NCBI RefSeq assembly: GCF_001194135.2
Contig: NC_068982.1
Coordinates: 27,651,640-27,715,639 of the forward strand
DNA: 64,000 nt
Reading direction: 5' to 3'
Origin: Octopus bimaculoides
Lineage: Eukaryota
Shown piece by piece: positions 61,340 through 64,000 of the stretch. Each line of letters starts with the position of its first letter. Positions within the stretch are counted from its first letter, which is position 1. Made by a program: the position numbers and the translations under genes. The notes beneath the pieces were generated by a model. That model was given only the letters and a program-made list of their open reading frames with translations. It was not told the origin of the DNA and made no database searches.

Positions 61340-62055
61340 AGTAATTCTTTAAAAGGCTTTTTACCAACGGTTCAGGCCTTGTGTCCATGGTAGAAAGGAT
61401 TATTATTATCATTAAGGTGGTGAGCTGGCAAAACTGTTAGCTAACTGGGCAAAATGTTTTGCAGCTTTTCTTCTTGCCAAACATTCTACCAAAGCTGACT
61501 CTGCCTTTCATCTTTGCAGGGTCAATGTAATCGACTAATCCACTTACCCAAAATTTCAGGCTTTGCGCCTTTAGTAGAAAGGATCATCATCATCATTATC
61601 ATCATCAAGGCAGCGAACTGGCAGAATGGTTAACATGCTGGACAAAATGCTTAGCGGTATTTCGCCAGTCTTTACATTCTGAGTTCAAATTCTATCAAGG
61701 TTGACTTTGCCTTCCATCCTTTTGGGGGTCAATAAATTAAGTACCTGTGTAACACTGGGGTAGATGTAATCAACTAGTCACCACCCCCAAAATTTTAGGT
61801 CATGTGCCTATAGTAGAAAGGATCATCATCATCATCAAGTGTGCTGGCAGAATGGTTAACATGCTGGACAAAATGCTTAGCGGTATTTCGCATCACTATG
61901 TTCTGAGTTCAAATTCTGCTGAGGTTGACTTTGCCTTTCATCCTTTCAGGGTCAATAAATTAAGTACCAGTGAAACACTGGGGTAGATGTAATCGACTCA
62001 TCCCCTCCCGCAAAAGTGCTGTCCTTGTGACAAAATTTGAAACCATTATTATTAT
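61340..62055 (+). mobile_element. Tandem array of 3-4 SINE units
   Basis: Repeated tagtagaaaggat(cat)n-head junctions. Confidence 0.8.
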
Positions 62056-62332
62056 TATTCATTCAATATCTGTTTTCCAAGCTGGCATGGGTTGGACGGT
62101 TTGATGGGGGCTGGCTAGGCAGAAAACTACGCCAGTCATAAAAACCCTGCTAAAACAGTGAAGCCATCTTACAGAGTGGACTGAGGGTGCTTTTTACATA
62201 GCTCCATGGTTCCGAAATCAGAAACCATTATTTTGAGCAATTATTCCTTGTTTGAAATTTATTGTTTCTTTATTTCTGTTATTTTACTTTTTACGTGCTC
62301 CTTCATGTACTCCCACACTATATCATCCCATA

Positions 62333-63005
62333 CTGGCCCCAATTTTTTTTATCAATCCTCTGTTGATAAAGAAAGAATGAAAAAACTCATTGCATCAAAA
62401 ACTGAGTAAAATTCTGCTTCAAACACCCCATATAAACCCTCATAACTTTTTTTTTGTTTGGGAATTTTCAAGAAATTCTCGCGAATTTGTATTCAACACA
62501 TGAGAAGTCATACGGCTACGTAAAAAAAAAATTCTTATTCTTCTGAATTATTTTTTAAGCTTTTTTTTAATTTACCGATTTTTTTTTCTTTTGTAAAATA
62601 CGGACAGTTCGAAGTTTTTGATTAAATCCCGGCAATAGATCATTGAATGAGTGTATAGAGAGAAAGATATTGAAAAACATCAATACGAGAAGGGTATCAA
62701 GTGGTCGTGAGATGTACCTAAAATAACAGCTAAATTGCACTTAAATCATACACAATTTTTGTTGATTTTGCATAATTGTATGAATTCCCGAGTGTAGAAC
62801 ACAAATTCGCAAAATTTTTCTGAAAATTATAAAAGAATATGATTATGAAGGATTATATGGGGTGCTTAAAAGAGAATTTTGCCAAAGACTATTAATTTCA
62901 CTTATTTGCAGTTTTAGTATGTTTTTAAATAACTAATATTTCTTCCACGCTGCAATTGTTTTAGTTTCAACACACGGTGTCAGATAAAATTATTTGCCAG
63001 GCCAG
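62333..63005. mobile_element. Probable Tc1/mariner-type MITE with long internal inverted repeats
   Basis: TA-CTGGCC...GGCCAG-TA ends; 62410-62495 mirrors 62790-62880 imperfectly. Confidence 0.5.
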
Positions 63006-64000
63006 TAACCTCTAAAAATAAAATAAAAATATAATTAATTTCATTCATTTGTGTAAATTAAAAAGAAAACTAAAGTTAACGAAAGTTAAAACGCTAGCTA
63101 ATATCATCGAATTATTAATACTCGATATTGAGATGGGAAGTTCCTTCATGAATGGACAACCTTTTTCGAGAAGCAGACCGCATAAGACATGGCTCATAAG
63201 GCGGGCCGCAATATTAAAAAAAATTTCAAGGTAAGTTTTCGTTGGGCGTGCCGTGCAGAAAGTCCTGCGGGCCGCAGATTGCCCCTGACTGACTCTTTCT
63301 TATAGACACACTCCTCCCTCTCTCTCTAAGATTACGAGAGTTAGTTCCCCTAAAAAAAAATTTTGTCTAATTTCCTTTCAAACACTTGTCTTTTATGCAA
63401 TTATGTGTTCATTAGAAGCTGATTTTCTCTGTTGCTGCTCAGATTTTCTCGCTACGTCTAACTCATCGTGCACCATATCTTCTATCTATCTAGTGCAATT
63501 AGATGTTAGACTGATGTAAAGGTCTAAGACAAAGAAACATTACATTAATTGTCTTTGTGATTTTTGTCTGGAGAAATAATTTCATGAGTTAGAAGTTGGT
63601 GGTAAGACTAATTGTCCCTTCTAAACCTTAATACGACATCTGTTAAATTTCACGATCCGCTTACGTTGGTAAGTTTTACAAACATCGTATTCGATATTTT
63701 ATTTTTTACGAAAATACAACTGCATTAATAACCTGAAGTCTTTTATTGACATAACTACAATTTGGTATACCTACTCACGTAACTTTTTCAATAATACATA
63801 TCTTTTAATGAAATTTTGCTGAGATATGTTTTCGAAGGCGGTGATGATTATGTGGCTAAAATTTGTTCAAGTTTATTTTTCTCAAAAATTTCATACGTTT
63901 TTAAGCATTCAATAACTTGCTTGTAATCATTACACAACAAAACAGTACATTACAATGATTGATATTTTTCAATAATAATACTATCGATTTGTATTGTAAG

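Noticed and set aside
63400-63680. Possible first exon or promoter of a further plus-strand gene (tg/gtaagt near 63668)
   Set aside because: Only a donor-like hexamer and some CpGs; no downstream exon in the window to support it.

Overview
AT-rich, intron-rich animal genomic DNA. The SINE, RTE and microsatellite landscape suggests a cephalopod, probably Octopus (inferred, not searched). Three spliced genes were rebuilt by hand from GT-AG junctions and phase continuity: the 3' part of WDTC1 (+, 1609-21429), RNPS1 (-, 25691-35751, start exon unresolved) and EEF2KMT/FAM86A (+, 40699-53705, one expected exon not found). Introns hold a full-length decayed hAT transposon (8-bp TSD, intron-split transposase), a mariner with TIRs, MITEs, a Helentron-like element, LINE remnants and many SINEs. 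Highlights: (1) two duplicated, equal-length 89-nt WDTC1 exons only 33 nt apart, consistent with sterically locked mutually exclusive splicing; (2) three long intronic inverted repeats that could form dsRNA, two carrying Penelope-type hammerhead ribozyme motifs and one also a tRNA-like module; (3) unusual 5' architecture of RNPS1. Most ORF-track entries are antisense shadows, microsatellites or repeats. There is no CRISPR, rRNA or intact tRNA gene.
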